Positions 10,013-18,248 of a DNA stretch of 33,893 bases are shown here, in pieces. The DNA is taken from contig JAHIOG010000495.1 of NCBI GenBank assembly GCA_018895675.1, positions 1-33,893 of the forward strand. The letters run 5' to 3'. This DNA is from a bacterium. Lineage in GTDB: Bacteria; Fidelibacterota; UBA2242. The notes under the pieces are model-generated. The model saw only the letters and a list, made by a program, of their open reading frames with translations. It was not told the origin of the DNA and made no database searches. The translations under genes and the position numbers were made by a program. Position 1 is the stretch's first letter, and every line of letters starts with the position of its first letter.

Positions 10013-10155
10013 AAAACCAATTTCCGGACGACGAAGTCGGACTAAATTGGTTTTGTCTTTTTCCAAGCATGAAACCCATTTGATCCGGCGGCTGCCGGAT
10101 TGAAAATGGGTTTCTTCAGGTATTTTTCTATTCAAAAAGCCATTGCTTTACTTTT
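10013..10155. repeat. REP-like composite repeat, copy B (includes a 38-nt remnant of a RAYT 3' end)
   Basis: Direct repeat of 9267-9444, lacking a ~33-nt internal segment. The terminal AGGTATTTTTCTATTCAAAAAGCCATTGCTTTACTTTT matches 9407-9444 at 37/38; 9417-9444 of that match is the coding 3' end of the RAYT gene. Confidence 0.75.
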
Positions 10156-10214
10156 ATAAATAGTTACAAAACTAAATTTAATAAATATTCTTATGAGGAA
10201 ACAAGATACTACTA

Positions 10215-10886
10215 TTAAAAAGGCGGAACATTTGTTATTGTTTCAAAATACTCTGCCGCCGCTTTATGCTTTGGATTAAGTTTTAATACTTTTTTAAATA
10301 AATCCAATGCCTTATCAATATTATATTTCCGCATATGGCAAATTCCCAAATGAAAAGAAGCTGAAACGTGTTCCGGATTTTCTTCAAGCAAGAGATCGAG
10401 ATTTTCGATTGCCTCATTATATTCACCTCTTGCCATACTTGCAATTGCTAAATGGTAATTTATGATGGATGTTTCCGGAGTATTCTTTAACAATTTTTTA
10501 TAACATTCAATACTTTTATCTTCTCTTCCCTTATGATAATAACATAAACCCATCCAACTATACGCCATATATAATTCTGTCTTTTCCTTATCAATTCTTT
10601 TAAAAATTTCGAGAGCTTTATTAAATTGAGCAGAGCGATAATGTGAAATACCCAACCTATAGAGAGCAAAACAATAATTCGGTTCCAATTCTACAACTTT
10701 TTGATATGCTTTAATTGAATCCTGCATACCACCAAGTATATAATGTAAATTGCCTAGATTCATTAATGCCGGAATGTAATCCGTTTTAATCTCCAATATT
10801 TCATAATATTGTCTTATTGCTTCGCTTAGTTTACCTTCAAATTTATATATTTCAGCCTTCTCCATAAGTTCGTTTATTTTTTCCAT
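10215..10886 (-). CDS. tetratricopeptide (TPR) repeat protein
   Basis: 223 aa made of about six 34-residue repeats with the W/L-G-Y-A-F-A-P pattern (for example AIRQYYEILEIKTDYIPALMNLGNLHY, AYQKVVELEPNYCFALYRLGISHY). Confidence 0.8.
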   Translation of the reverse strand: MEKINELMEKAEIYKFEGKLSEAIRQYYEILEIKTDYIPALMNLGNLHYILGGMQDSIKAYQKVVELEPNYCFALYRLGISHYRSAQFNKALEIFKRIDKEKTELYMAYSWMGLCYYHKGREDKSIECYKKLLKNTPETSIINYHLAIASMARGEYNEAIENLDLLLEENPEHVSASFHLGICHMRKYNIDKALDLFKKVLKLNPKHKAAAEYFETITNVPPF

Positions 10887-10900
10887 TATTTAATCCCCGA

Positions 10901-12247
10901 TTACATATTTTCTATTATTTTTTTACCAAATTCAGAAGTTTTGAGTTTAGTCGCCCCTTTCATCTGACGTTCCAAATCATAAGTAACTGTTTTATTAGAA
11001 ATAGTTTTTTCTAAAGCTAATTCAATCAAATCTGCTGCTTCATTCCATCCCAAATGTTGAAGCATCATAACACCAGAAAGAATTAAAGAACTTGGATTCA
11101 CGATATCCATTCCGGTATATTTTGGAGCCGTACCATGAGTTGCTTCAAAAAGAGCCATTTCATCACCAATGTTTGCACCTGGAGCAAGTCCGAGTCCACC
11201 AACCTGGGCCGCACAAGCATCGGAAAGATAATCTCCATTCAGATTTGGTGTGGCAAACACACTATATTCTTCAGGACGGAGCAACACTTGCTGAAATGTC
11301 TGGTCGGCAATTCGATCATTAATTAAAATTTTCCCTTGAGGCATCTTTCCGTTATGTTCATCCCACAATTCCTGTTCTGTGATGATTTCCTCTCTGTATT
11401 CACTTATCGCAAGTTCATATCCCCAATCACGAAATGCTCCTTCGGTAAATTTCATTATATTACCCTTATGAACCAAAGTTACGCTAGGTTTATTCTTTTG
11501 AATCGCATAATCTATCGCTTTTCGTATTAATCGCTTTGTGCAGGTTACAGATATTGGTTTTATCCCAATACCACTGTCCCTCCGAATATCTTTATTCAAA
11601 TTATCCTTTAAAAATTCAATTAACTTTATTGCATCTTCCGAATCCATTTGAAATTCGATACCCGCATAAACGTCCTCAGTATTTTCTCTGAATATTATAA
11701 CATCTAACTTTTCAGGCGCTTTTACTGGAGTAGGAACGCCTTGATACCATCTCACCGGACGGACACAAGCATAAAGATCTAATTTTTGACGTAATCCGAC
11801 ATTCAATGAGCGAAATCCTGGCGTAATAAATTTTGAACCACATTTTATACATTTCTCCGGGCGTTTTCCATTGATTCCGTCTTGTTCTTTGGAACATTCT
11901 AAACAGACATAATCGAATTTTCCAACTGGTGTTGTCAAAGGTCCTTTAATAGCGACTTTGTACTCCTTAATCGCTTTTAAAGTATCTTCCGGCAAAATAT
12001 CATCGTTACCATATTTCTTTAAAGCGGACAATCCGGCATGAATTTTAAACCATTCTATGCTTTTTGCCCCACTATAGGCCTTCTTTACAGCAGAATCGAT
12101 GACACTTTTTGTTGCTTTCCATATATCCGGACCAATTCCATCTCCCTCAATAAAAGGAATGATTGGATTATCAGGAACAGATATTTTACCATTTTTAAAC
12201 TCAATTTTTTTTCCAAGTTCCGGTTTTTTTAATAGTTTGTATTCCAT
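10901..12247 (-). CDS. icd: NADP-dependent isocitrate dehydrogenase (prokaryotic homodimeric type) with a Cys4 insertion
   Basis: Colinear with E. coli Icd over its length: [109 protein letters not shown] 34-aa insertion lies between PVG and FRSLNV. Confidence 0.95.
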   Translation of the reverse strand: MEYKLLKKPELGKKIEFKNGKISVPDNPIIPFIEGDGIGPDIWKATKSVIDSAVKKAYSGAKSIEWFKIHAGLSALKKYGNDDILPEDTLKAIKEYKVAIKGPLTTPVGKFDYVCLECSKEQDGINGKRPEKCIKCGSKFITPGFRSLNVGLRQKLDLYACVRPVRWYQGVPTPVKAPEKLDVIIFRENTEDVYAGIEFQMDSEDAIKLIEFLKDNLNKDIRRDSGIGIKPISVTCTKRLIRKAIDYAIQKNKPSVTLVHKGNIMKFTEGAFRDWGYELAISEYREEIITEQELWDEHNGKMPQGKILINDRIADQTFQQVLLRPEEYSVFATPNLNGDYLSDACAAQVGGLGLAPGANIGDEMALFEATHGTAPKYTGMDIVNPSSLILSGVMMLQHLGWNEAADLIELALEKTISNKTVTYDLERQMKGATKLKTSEFGKKIIENM

Positions 12248-12295
12248 CTTTTCTCCAATGATTAATTATATTTTTTTAATTCAGTATAAATTTGT

Positions 12296-12322
12296 GTAAA
12301 GCATTATTATATAATGCCTTAC
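12296..12322. other. 12-bp-stem hairpin between citrate synthase and icd
   Basis: GTAAAGCATTAT-TAT-ATAATGCCTTAC (one mismatch). No convincing U-tract on the minus strand, so it could be a weak terminator, a processing site or a protein-binding palindrome. Confidence 0.25.
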
Positions 12323-12341
12323 GCAAATTTAAATTAACTTT

Positions 12342-13640
12342 CTATTTAACCTGTTCTAATAACCAGTCGGTTGAAATAGATTTAGGTCTTTCAATTGAAA
12401 ATCCCAATGCTCGTGACCATACCAATTGTGTAAGAATACCAATAGCTCTTGATACTCCAAAAAGTACAGTATAAAAATCGTATTCTGTAACACCATAATA
12501 GACCTGTAAACATCCGGAATGGGCGTCCACATTTGGCCAGGGATTCATTGCTTTACCATGTTTTTTCAAAATATCCGGTGTAACTTCATAAAGTAAACTA
12601 ACAACCTGAAAAATTTCGTCATCCGGTAGATGTTCTAATGCAAATTCACGTTGGGCTTTGTACCTTGGATCAGTTGCTCGTAATACTGCATGTCCATATC
12701 CGGGAATTACCTGACCACTGTTGAGAGTATCCCATAGAAATTTTGTAAGTTGTTCTTTAGTCGGAACACCACCACCTAGTTTTTCCTTTACATTCATAAT
12801 CCAACGAAGGACTTCCTGATTTGCTAATCCATGTAATGGCCCGGCAAGTCCATCTATGCCTGCTGAAAGTGAGTAATATGCATCCGACAATGCTGAACCA
12901 ACCAGATGTGAAGTATGAGCACTGACATTTCCGCTCTCATGGTCACTATGAAGAACAAGATAAAGTCTCATCAATTCTTTGTATTCCGGATTTTCCACAC
13001 CCATCATATAGGCGAAATTCGCTCCCCAATCCAATTTTGGATCTGCTTTAATATGCTTGTTGTTCTTATATGTCTTGCGATAAATATAAGAGGCCATAGA
13101 TGGTAATTTTGCCAATAAATTCATGATATCTTCATACATTGGATCCCATAAATCGTACTTCGATATTCCTTCTCGATATTTTTCAGAGAAGATTGAATCT
13201 TTCTGAAGTGCAAGAATTCCCCCGGAAAACTGTGTCATAGGATGCATATCGGTGGGATAAGAATCCAATATTTTTACCAAATAATCCGGTAATTTTAAAC
13301 GTTGTTGCCATTCTTCTGTGATTTCTTTTACATCATTTTCGGAAGGTAACTCTCCGACTAATAGCAAATAAAAAAGACCTTCGGGAAGTGGCTGCTTCCC
13401 ACCCGGTGCTTTGGGTAACTTTTCACACAGTTCTGGAATAGTATAACCTCTAAAACGGATACCTTCCATCGGATCGAGGTTTGAGGTATCACAAACAAGA
13501 CATTTTACTCCTCTTATTCCACCTAGCGCTTGCTTGATTGTTACCTCTGAAATGACATGATTTCCATGTTCCTTAATCAAAGTTTTGACTCGATCACGCA
13601 TTGGATCGATTTTCGTTTCGAATTTTTTCTTTAAGGTCAT
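12342..13640 (-). CDS. gltA: citrate synthase (eukaryotic-like type)
   Basis: 432 aa with LVLHSDHE.GNVSAHT and VIPGYGHAVLRATDPRY (catalytic His residues) and the C-terminal D-containing RALG motif. The GYGHAVLR.TDPRY form resembles mitochondrial-type enzymes. Confidence 0.95.
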   Translation of the reverse strand: MTLKKKFETKIDPMRDRVKTLIKEHGNHVISEVTIKQALGGIRGVKCLVCDTSNLDPMEGIRFRGYTIPELCEKLPKAPGGKQPLPEGLFYLLLVGELPSENDVKEITEEWQQRLKLPDYLVKILDSYPTDMHPMTQFSGGILALQKDSIFSEKYREGISKYDLWDPMYEDIMNLLAKLPSMASYIYRKTYKNNKHIKADPKLDWGANFAYMMGVENPEYKELMRLYLVLHSDHESGNVSAHTSHLVGSALSDAYYSLSAGIDGLAGPLHGLANQEVLRWIMNVKEKLGGGVPTKEQLTKFLWDTLNSGQVIPGYGHAVLRATDPRYKAQREFALEHLPDDEIFQVVSLLYEVTPDILKKHGKAMNPWPNVDAHSGCLQVYYGVTEYDFYTVLFGVSRAIGILTQLVWSRALGFSIERPKSISTDWLLEQVK

Positions 13641-13713
13641 AATTTGCCTCCCATTATATTATTCTTTATAAATTATCAAAAAAAATTAACAGCACCAAAT
13701 TTTTTATTATATT

Positions 13714-15651
13714 CTATCTTTTTCTTTTAATGTAAGACAATAAACCACCTAAATTGATAATTTCAATATCTCTTTGAGACAATGTGTATCTTAACTGAAT
13801 TTTCTGACCTTTTGTCTTATTATTGACAGTAATTGGTTCATTTGCTTCCAAAGAATTAATTATATTTTCTAATTCTAATATATCTTTTTGTTCTAGATTT
13901 TCATAATCATCTTCATTCGTAAATTCTAATGGCAAAATCCCAAAGTTAATTAGATTGGAATGATGAATTCTCTCGATAGATTTAGCAATTACTGCTTTTA
14001 CACCCAGATATGCAGGACAAATTGCCGCATGTTCTCGTGATGATCCTTGCCCATAACTCAGACCCGCTACAATTATGTTTGCCTTCTGAACTTTTTTATT
14101 TTTCAAACAACGTTCAGGGAATGTGGGATCAACCGGTTCAAATACAAATTCAGAATATTTGGGAATATTTGAGCGATATTTCAAGCGTGCGCCAGCCGGC
14201 ATTATATGGTCAGTCGTAATTATATCACCGACTTTAAGCATTACTTCGCCATTTATATTTTGCACAAGTGGTTCTCCTTTAGGAGGATTACCAATATTCG
14301 GACCTCGATAAATTTCTACTTTTTTATCAGTTTTTTTCGGAGGAATGACCATACTGTCATCAATAAAAAATCTGTCAATTTTTGGAATTTCTGGCGGCTC
14401 CTCCCCTAATTCTCTTGGATCCGTAATAATTCCGGTTATTGCACAAGCGGCGGCTGTTTCCGGGCTGGCAAGATAGACATTCGCAGAATTTGTTCCTGAG
14501 CGTCCCTTGAAATTACGATTGTTCGTTCGAATCGAAATGCCATTTGTAGAGGGCGCAAAACCATTACCGATACAAAATCCGCAAGCAGATTCCATAATTC
14601 GGGCACCAAAATCGACTAAATCGGTCAATGCACCATTTTCAGTTATCATCCGTAAAACCTGTTTGGAGCCGGGTGCTACCGCAAAGCTGATATTTCGAGG
14701 CAATTTCTTTCCTTTAACCATTTTAGCGACTGTCATTAAATCTTTAAAAGAAGAATTCGTGCAACTACCTACACATACTTGATCGACTTTAAGTCCTGCT
14801 AAATCCTTTACTAAACTAACATTACCCGGACTGTGCGGTGTTGCAAGTCTTGGTTCGAGAGTGCTTAAATCTATATCGATAATTCTGTCGTATTCAGCGT
14901 CAGGATCCGCTTTCAGTTCTATCCATCCACCCTCTCGTTCCTGAGCTTTTAGAAAAGAATACGTTATTTCATCACTAGGAAATATTGAAGATGTAACACC
15001 TAACTCTGCTCCCATATTAGTAATTGTAGCTCTTTCAGGAACACTAAGAGTTTTTACTCCCGGACCGCCATATTCCACAACCCAAGCTACATTTCCTTTT
15101 GTTGTTAATAGTTCAAGGACATAAAGGATAATATCTTTGGCAGTTATCCATTTTGATAGTTTTTTTGTAAGGTTTATTTTCAAAACTTTGGGATAGGTAA
15201 TGTAAAAAGGTAGTCCCGCTAAAGCACAAGCGACATCCAATCCACCTGCTCCAATCGCAAGCATTCCAATTCCTCCGCCGGTTGGTGTATGACTATCGGA
15301 ACCGAGTAAGGTTTTCCCTGGAAGCCCAAACCTTTCCAGGTGAACCTGATGACATATACCATTTCCTGCTCTTGAATAATAAATACCATATTTTTCTGCA
15401 ATCGTTTGTAAATATTTGTGGTCGTCAGCATTTTCAAAACCCATTTGGCCAGTATTGTGATCAACATAACTCACTGAAATTTCAGTTTTAATTTCCCTAA
15501 TATCCATTGCTTCAAATTCCAGATATACCATTGTTCCAGTTGCGTCTTGGGTCAGGGTCTGATCAATTTTTACTCCTACAATTTCACTGGCTTTCATCTG
15601 TCCTTCCAGCAAGTGTGATTTAATAATTTTCTGGATAATATTAAAACCCAT
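13714..15651 (-). CDS. aconitate hydratase (short ~645-aa 'Aquifex-type' aconitase)
   Basis: Fe-S ligand motifs (VGSCTNSS, ESACGFCIGNG), substrate motifs (GSDSHT, NRNFKGR) and a C-terminal swivel domain (GLSYGQGSSREHAA). Confidence 0.9.
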   Translation of the reverse strand: MGFNIIQKIIKSHLLEGQMKASEIVGVKIDQTLTQDATGTMVYLEFEAMDIREIKTEISVSYVDHNTGQMGFENADDHKYLQTIAEKYGIYYSRAGNGICHQVHLERFGLPGKTLLGSDSHTPTGGGIGMLAIGAGGLDVACALAGLPFYITYPKVLKINLTKKLSKWITAKDIILYVLELLTTKGNVAWVVEYGGPGVKTLSVPERATITNMGAELGVTSSIFPSDEITYSFLKAQEREGGWIELKADPDAEYDRIIDIDLSTLEPRLATPHSPGNVSLVKDLAGLKVDQVCVGSCTNSSFKDLMTVAKMVKGKKLPRNISFAVAPGSKQVLRMITENGALTDLVDFGARIMESACGFCIGNGFAPSTNGISIRTNNRNFKGRSGTNSANVYLASPETAAACAITGIITDPRELGEEPPEIPKIDRFFIDDSMVIPPKKTDKKVEIYRGPNIGNPPKGEPLVQNINGEVMLKVGDIITTDHIMPAGARLKYRSNIPKYSEFVFEPVDPTFPERCLKNKKVQKANIIVAGLSYGQGSSREHAAICPAYLGVKAVIAKSIERIHHSNLINFGILPLEFTNEDDYENLEQKDILELENIINSLEANEPITVNNKTKGQKIQLRYTLSQRDIEIINLGGLLSYIKRKR

Positions 15652-15807
15652 TGTTTACTTCCTTTTTATGGTTATTTCTTTTCTATTCCTAATTATTAAA
15701 AATCCATTTATTAGAAGCGCTTTGAGATCTGATAATCAGAATTTATTATCTCCTTATAATATTGCTTAAATCTATAAATAGGAGCTAAAATTAAATTCTT
15801 CAAACTC

Positions 15808-17496
15808 CTAAACCGCATCATACTGGAAATAAACCGGCTGGAACATTTTACTCTTTACAATCTCAAGAAGATTTTCAGGTCTTTTTTCCCAGGCAATACC
15901 TTCAGAATATGCAACTTCGCAGACAGAGACGGCGATATGAGCTGAAATTTTCCTGATATCATTTAGATCAGGGTAAACTCTACCCTTTTTCAAATCCTCT
16001 TTACTAACCAAATTAGCCAGAGTTTTGGCAGCAGCATAGAACATGGAATCCGTTATTTTGGTTGCTTTACAAACAATAGCACCCAATCCAACTCCCGGAA
16101 AAATATACATATTATTCCCCTGACCAGTTGCATAAGTTTTTCCTTTGTATTTTATCGGTTCAAAAGGGCTTCCACTTGCATAAACAACATTGCCGTCCGT
16201 CCATTCATAAGCTTGAGAAGGAGTACATTCTGATTTTGATGTTGGATTTGACAGAGCGAAAATCACCGGGATATCCACATGTTTTTTCATTTCACGAACA
16301 ATTTTCTCATTGAATGCTCCGGGTTGCTTACTAACTCCCATAAGAATTGTCGGCTTTACATTCTTCACAGCATCCAGAAGTGTTTCGATATATTTTTCCT
16401 CACGGGCATACGGAATTTTATGTTCTGCAAGTTTATCTCCACGGGTAGTAGTAACAAGTCCTTTACTATCTAAAAACCAGAATCTTTTTCGGGCTTCCTG
16501 CTCTGATAGACCTTTCTCAACCATTCCTGCAACGATCATATCTGCAATTCCAACCGCTGCAGAACCTGCTCCTAAAAAGATAATCCTCTGGTCGGATAGT
16601 TTTCCCTTTGTTATCCTTAAGCCTGCCAGAAGTCCGGCAAGAGCAACTCCTCCGGTTCCCTGTATATCATCATTAAAACATAAAAGCTTTTCTCGGTATT
16701 TTTTTAACAATGGAAAAGCATGATCATTAGTAAAATCCTCAAATTGGATCAAAGCTTTGGGCCAGCGTTCGTGTGCAGCTACAACACATTCATCGATTAT
16801 ATCATAATACTTTTCGCCAGTAATGCGACGATGCTTTTCTCCCAGATATAACTGGTCTTTCAGTAGATTTTCATTGTCAGTTCCAACATCAATCACCACA
16901 GGTAATGTTCCTGATGGGTGTATTCCTGCACAAGCAACATATAAAGCTAATTTTCCTATGGGAATACCTATTCCACTTGCACCCAGATCGCCAAGTCCTA
17001 ATATTCTACTACCATCAGTGACGACAATAACGTTTACTTTTTCTTCTGGCCAATTATTAATTAACTTTTTAAAATTTCCCTTTGCCTTTGCCGGCATGTA
17101 CATTCCTCTTGTTCGTCTGAAAATGTGACCATACTGCTGGCATGCCAATCCCACCGTTGGTGTATAAATAATCGGGGTCATCTCCTCTAAATTTCTCAGC
17201 AATAAAGCATAATAAAGAATTTCATTGCGGTCGTGCAGAGCTTCCAGAAAGATATATTTCCCAATATCGGTATCTTTACGGCGATAGTTCTCCGTTACCC
17301 TTTGAACCTGCTCTTCAAAAGTGGAAACATGAGGTGGTAATAACCCCTGAAGATTAAATTCTTCTCTCTCTTTTTCCGAAAAAGCTGTTCCCTTATTAAG
17401 AATAGGGTCCCTTACAAGGTCAATTCCTTTTTTAGAAACCTGTAACACCTCTTGTTTATGATGTTCCATCGTAGAATGTTCCTTCGGATTGGGCAT
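15808..17496 (-). CDS. maeA: NAD(P)-dependent malic enzyme, large (E. coli MaeA/SfcA-like, eukaryotic-type) form
   Basis: 562 aa: LNKGTAF...ER..F.L.GLLPP, IYTPTVG.AC, VVTDGSRILGLGDLG..GIGIPIGKL.LY, FNDDIQGTG.V.LAG, FLGAGSA..GIA, LSNPTSKSEC. Confidence 0.9.
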   Translation of the reverse strand: MPNPKEHSTMEHHKQEVLQVSKKGIDLVRDPILNKGTAFSEKEREEFNLQGLLPPHVSTFEEQVQRVTENYRRKDTDIGKYIFLEALHDRNEILYYALLLRNLEEMTPIIYTPTVGLACQQYGHIFRRTRGMYMPAKAKGNFKKLINNWPEEKVNVIVVTDGSRILGLGDLGASGIGIPIGKLALYVACAGIHPSGTLPVVIDVGTDNENLLKDQLYLGEKHRRITGEKYYDIIDECVVAAHERWPKALIQFEDFTNDHAFPLLKKYREKLLCFNDDIQGTGGVALAGLLAGLRITKGKLSDQRIIFLGAGSAAVGIADMIVAGMVEKGLSEQEARKRFWFLDSKGLVTTTRGDKLAEHKIPYAREEKYIETLLDAVKNVKPTILMGVSKQPGAFNEKIVREMKKHVDIPVIFALSNPTSKSECTPSQAYEWTDGNVVYASGSPFEPIKYKGKTYATGQGNNMYIFPGVGLGAIVCKATKITDSMFYAAAKTLANLVSKEDLKKGRVYPDLNDIRKISAHIAVSVCEVAYSEGIAWEKRPENLLEIVKSKMFQPVYFQYDAV

Positions 17497-17534
17497 TTAC
17501 ACTCCTTATTTTTAAATTTTTTAAAAAGAACAAT

Positions 17535-17746
17535 AACGGGTTAATCAACAAATAAATCGTCAGGCTTAATATGATTTTTTACTTTTTTATCGACCATTGG
17601 TCCATGAATAAATTTTCTCTTATGAAATATACGTGGCGCAGTTCTTGAAACAGTTAAGCTGGCATCCATTATAAAAAGGATTTTTTCATTACCTTTCTCT
17701 TTTAAAGTGGCTTCCATAGCATCTTGCAAATTAGTCTCCCGAGTAA
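17535..17746. repeat. ~210-bp duplication, copy 1 (matches 20055-20266 at about 92%)
   Basis: Aligned by eye at a constant offset of 2520 nt. I counted about 16 mismatches over ~200 nt and no indels. It covers the last ~65 codons, the stop and 6 nt of 3' flank of the larA-like gene. Confidence 0.85.
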
Positions 17747-17879
17747 CTACAAACCTTATACTCTTTAGCGGTTTTAATGTTAAATCGAAAACCTCTTTTT
17801 CTTTGACAATATTCAAAATTTTAGTGTCTTCAAAGTGTTTAAAAAGCTTTCTGGGATAATGATAAACTATCGCATACAA
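17541..17879 (-). pseudogene. 3'-terminal remnant of a larA-like gene (TTG-initiated 112-aa track ORF)
   Basis: The C-terminal 65 aa (TNLQDAMEATLKEKGNEKILFIMDASLTVSRTAPRIFHKRKFIHGPMVDKKVKNHIKPDDLFVD) parallel the C-terminus of the 445-aa LarA-like protein. Only weak similarity lies upstream (LKPLKSIRFVV vs LKPELLNRIFI). There is no N-terminal catalytic domain, and the 'start' is TTG. Confidence 0.6.
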
Positions 17880-18232
17880 ATTGATTTTTTCACGGTTAAG
17901 ATTGTTGATTTTTCTGTAATTCGCAAAAAATGTCCGAAAAATTCCTCTAATGCTTCTGTATCAAAAGATTCGCTAGCCGATTTGAACGAAATTAGTTTAT
18001 GTTCATTTATTTTCTTCAAATCTTCACCGAAAATCCGAAATAGTACTGAGAAATGAGGTTTTCCCTCTAATCTTTGTACAACGATAGTGTCAACGTATTG
18101 TGATTGCTGTATAAGACCAACCTCGATTTTTGCCTCAAAACCCAGCTAAGAAAATAGTGGCGCTGAAACCAATCCTAAAAGTCGATGCCAATTAGTTCTT
18201 TTTGACTCATTTTGGCTCGCCATTTAAATAAC
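17867..18232 (-). pseudogene. decayed ORF of unknown function interrupted by an in-frame TAG
   Basis: From ATG (cat at 18230-18232): MASQNESKRTNWHRLLGLVSAPLFS-TAG-LGFEAKIEVGLIQQSQYVDTIVVQRLEGKPHFSVLFRIFGEDLKKINEHKLISFKSASESFDTEALEEFF... open to the stop at 17867. It has 122 codons with one internal stop. TAG is a genuine stop in this genome (the histidine kinase at 9217-9219 ends in TAG). Confidence 0.3.
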
Positions 18233-18248
18233 TAATTCACGAATTAAT

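Noticed and set aside
9220-10160. Repeated AAAACCAATTTCCG... units as a possible CRISPR array
   Set aside because: There are only two full units. Each is long (about 145-180 nt) and internally palindromic, they flank a RAYT transposase gene, and there are no regular spacers or cas genes. A REP-like element is the better explanation.
16310-16723. Long antisense ORFs inside confirmed genes (for example 16310..16723+, 21987..22343+, 26348..26698+, 27387..27758+, 8769..9164-, 23789..24235+, 4472..4853+)
   Set aside because: They have low-complexity, Ser/Leu/Ile/Phe-rich translations with no recognisable motifs. Each lies fully within a strongly supported gene on the opposite strand. These are typical shadow ORFs of AT-rich DNA.
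17867-18232. In-frame TAG as evidence of stop-codon reassignment or programmed readthrough
   Set aside because: TAG terminates the well-supported histidine kinase gene in this window (stop at 9217-9219). A decayed gene is the more economical explanation.
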